Part shown: piece by piece, positions 63,920-64,000 of the stretch
How positions within the stretch are numbered: position 1 is the stretch's first letter
Layout of the letters: each line of letters begins with the position of its first letter
DNA from: Malacoraja senta
Lineage: Eukaryota
DNA: 64,000 bases
Reading direction: 5' to 3'
Assembly: GCA_038087875.1 (NCBI GenBank)
Contig: CM076001.1
Coordinates: 374,001-438,000 of the forward strand
The notes under the pieces: generated by a model
What the model was told of the DNA's origin: nothing
Seen by the model: only the letters and a program-made list of their open reading frames with translations
The model's database searches: none
Program-made: the position numbers and the translations under genes

Positions 63920-64000
63920 CTATAAAGGGACTGAAATTACACATTGCAGATTTATTTGTCCAAGAGAGGGACAGTTTCAATGTCCAGGATTTCATCAGAC

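Noticed and set aside
63920..63930. TATAAAGGG as a plus-strand TATA box
   Set aside because: An isolated motif at the window edge with no downstream evidence; it overlaps the candidate minus-strand acceptor.

Overview
Repeat-rich vertebrate genomic DNA, inferred to be from a cartilaginous fish (probably a skate or ray) because of its HE1/V-SINE-like SINEs with CR1-type 3' tails, CR1 LINEs, Rex1/Babar and Penelope-like fragments. The only host coding sequence I recognise is six minus-strand exons (53921-53977, 47006-47092, 44643-44888, 38740-38857, 35482-35609, 30895-31091). They splice in frame to 277 aa of sarcomeric myosin rod, most like MYH16 by recalled sequence. The rod looks cut at both ends. 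I found no further myosin exon in the ~31 kb downstream, where the last exon runs into an in-frame TAA followed by two AATAAA signals. Upstream, where the usual myosin exon should be, there are two phase-compatible non-myosin micro-exon candidates. This suggests a short headless myosin-rod gene, which is unproven. The rest is mobile DNA: a terminally intact DIRS1-like tyrosine-recombinase retrotransposon, two hAT copies (one carrying a ~680-bp palindrome), Harbinger-type MITEs and small Penelope-derived inserts with hammerhead-ribozyme cores. There is also a 2.3-kb TG satellite, a purine tract and a 200-N gap. Exon and TIR/TSD coordinates were read base by base. LINE/SINE boundaries are approximate, and family names come from recalled motifs, not database searches.
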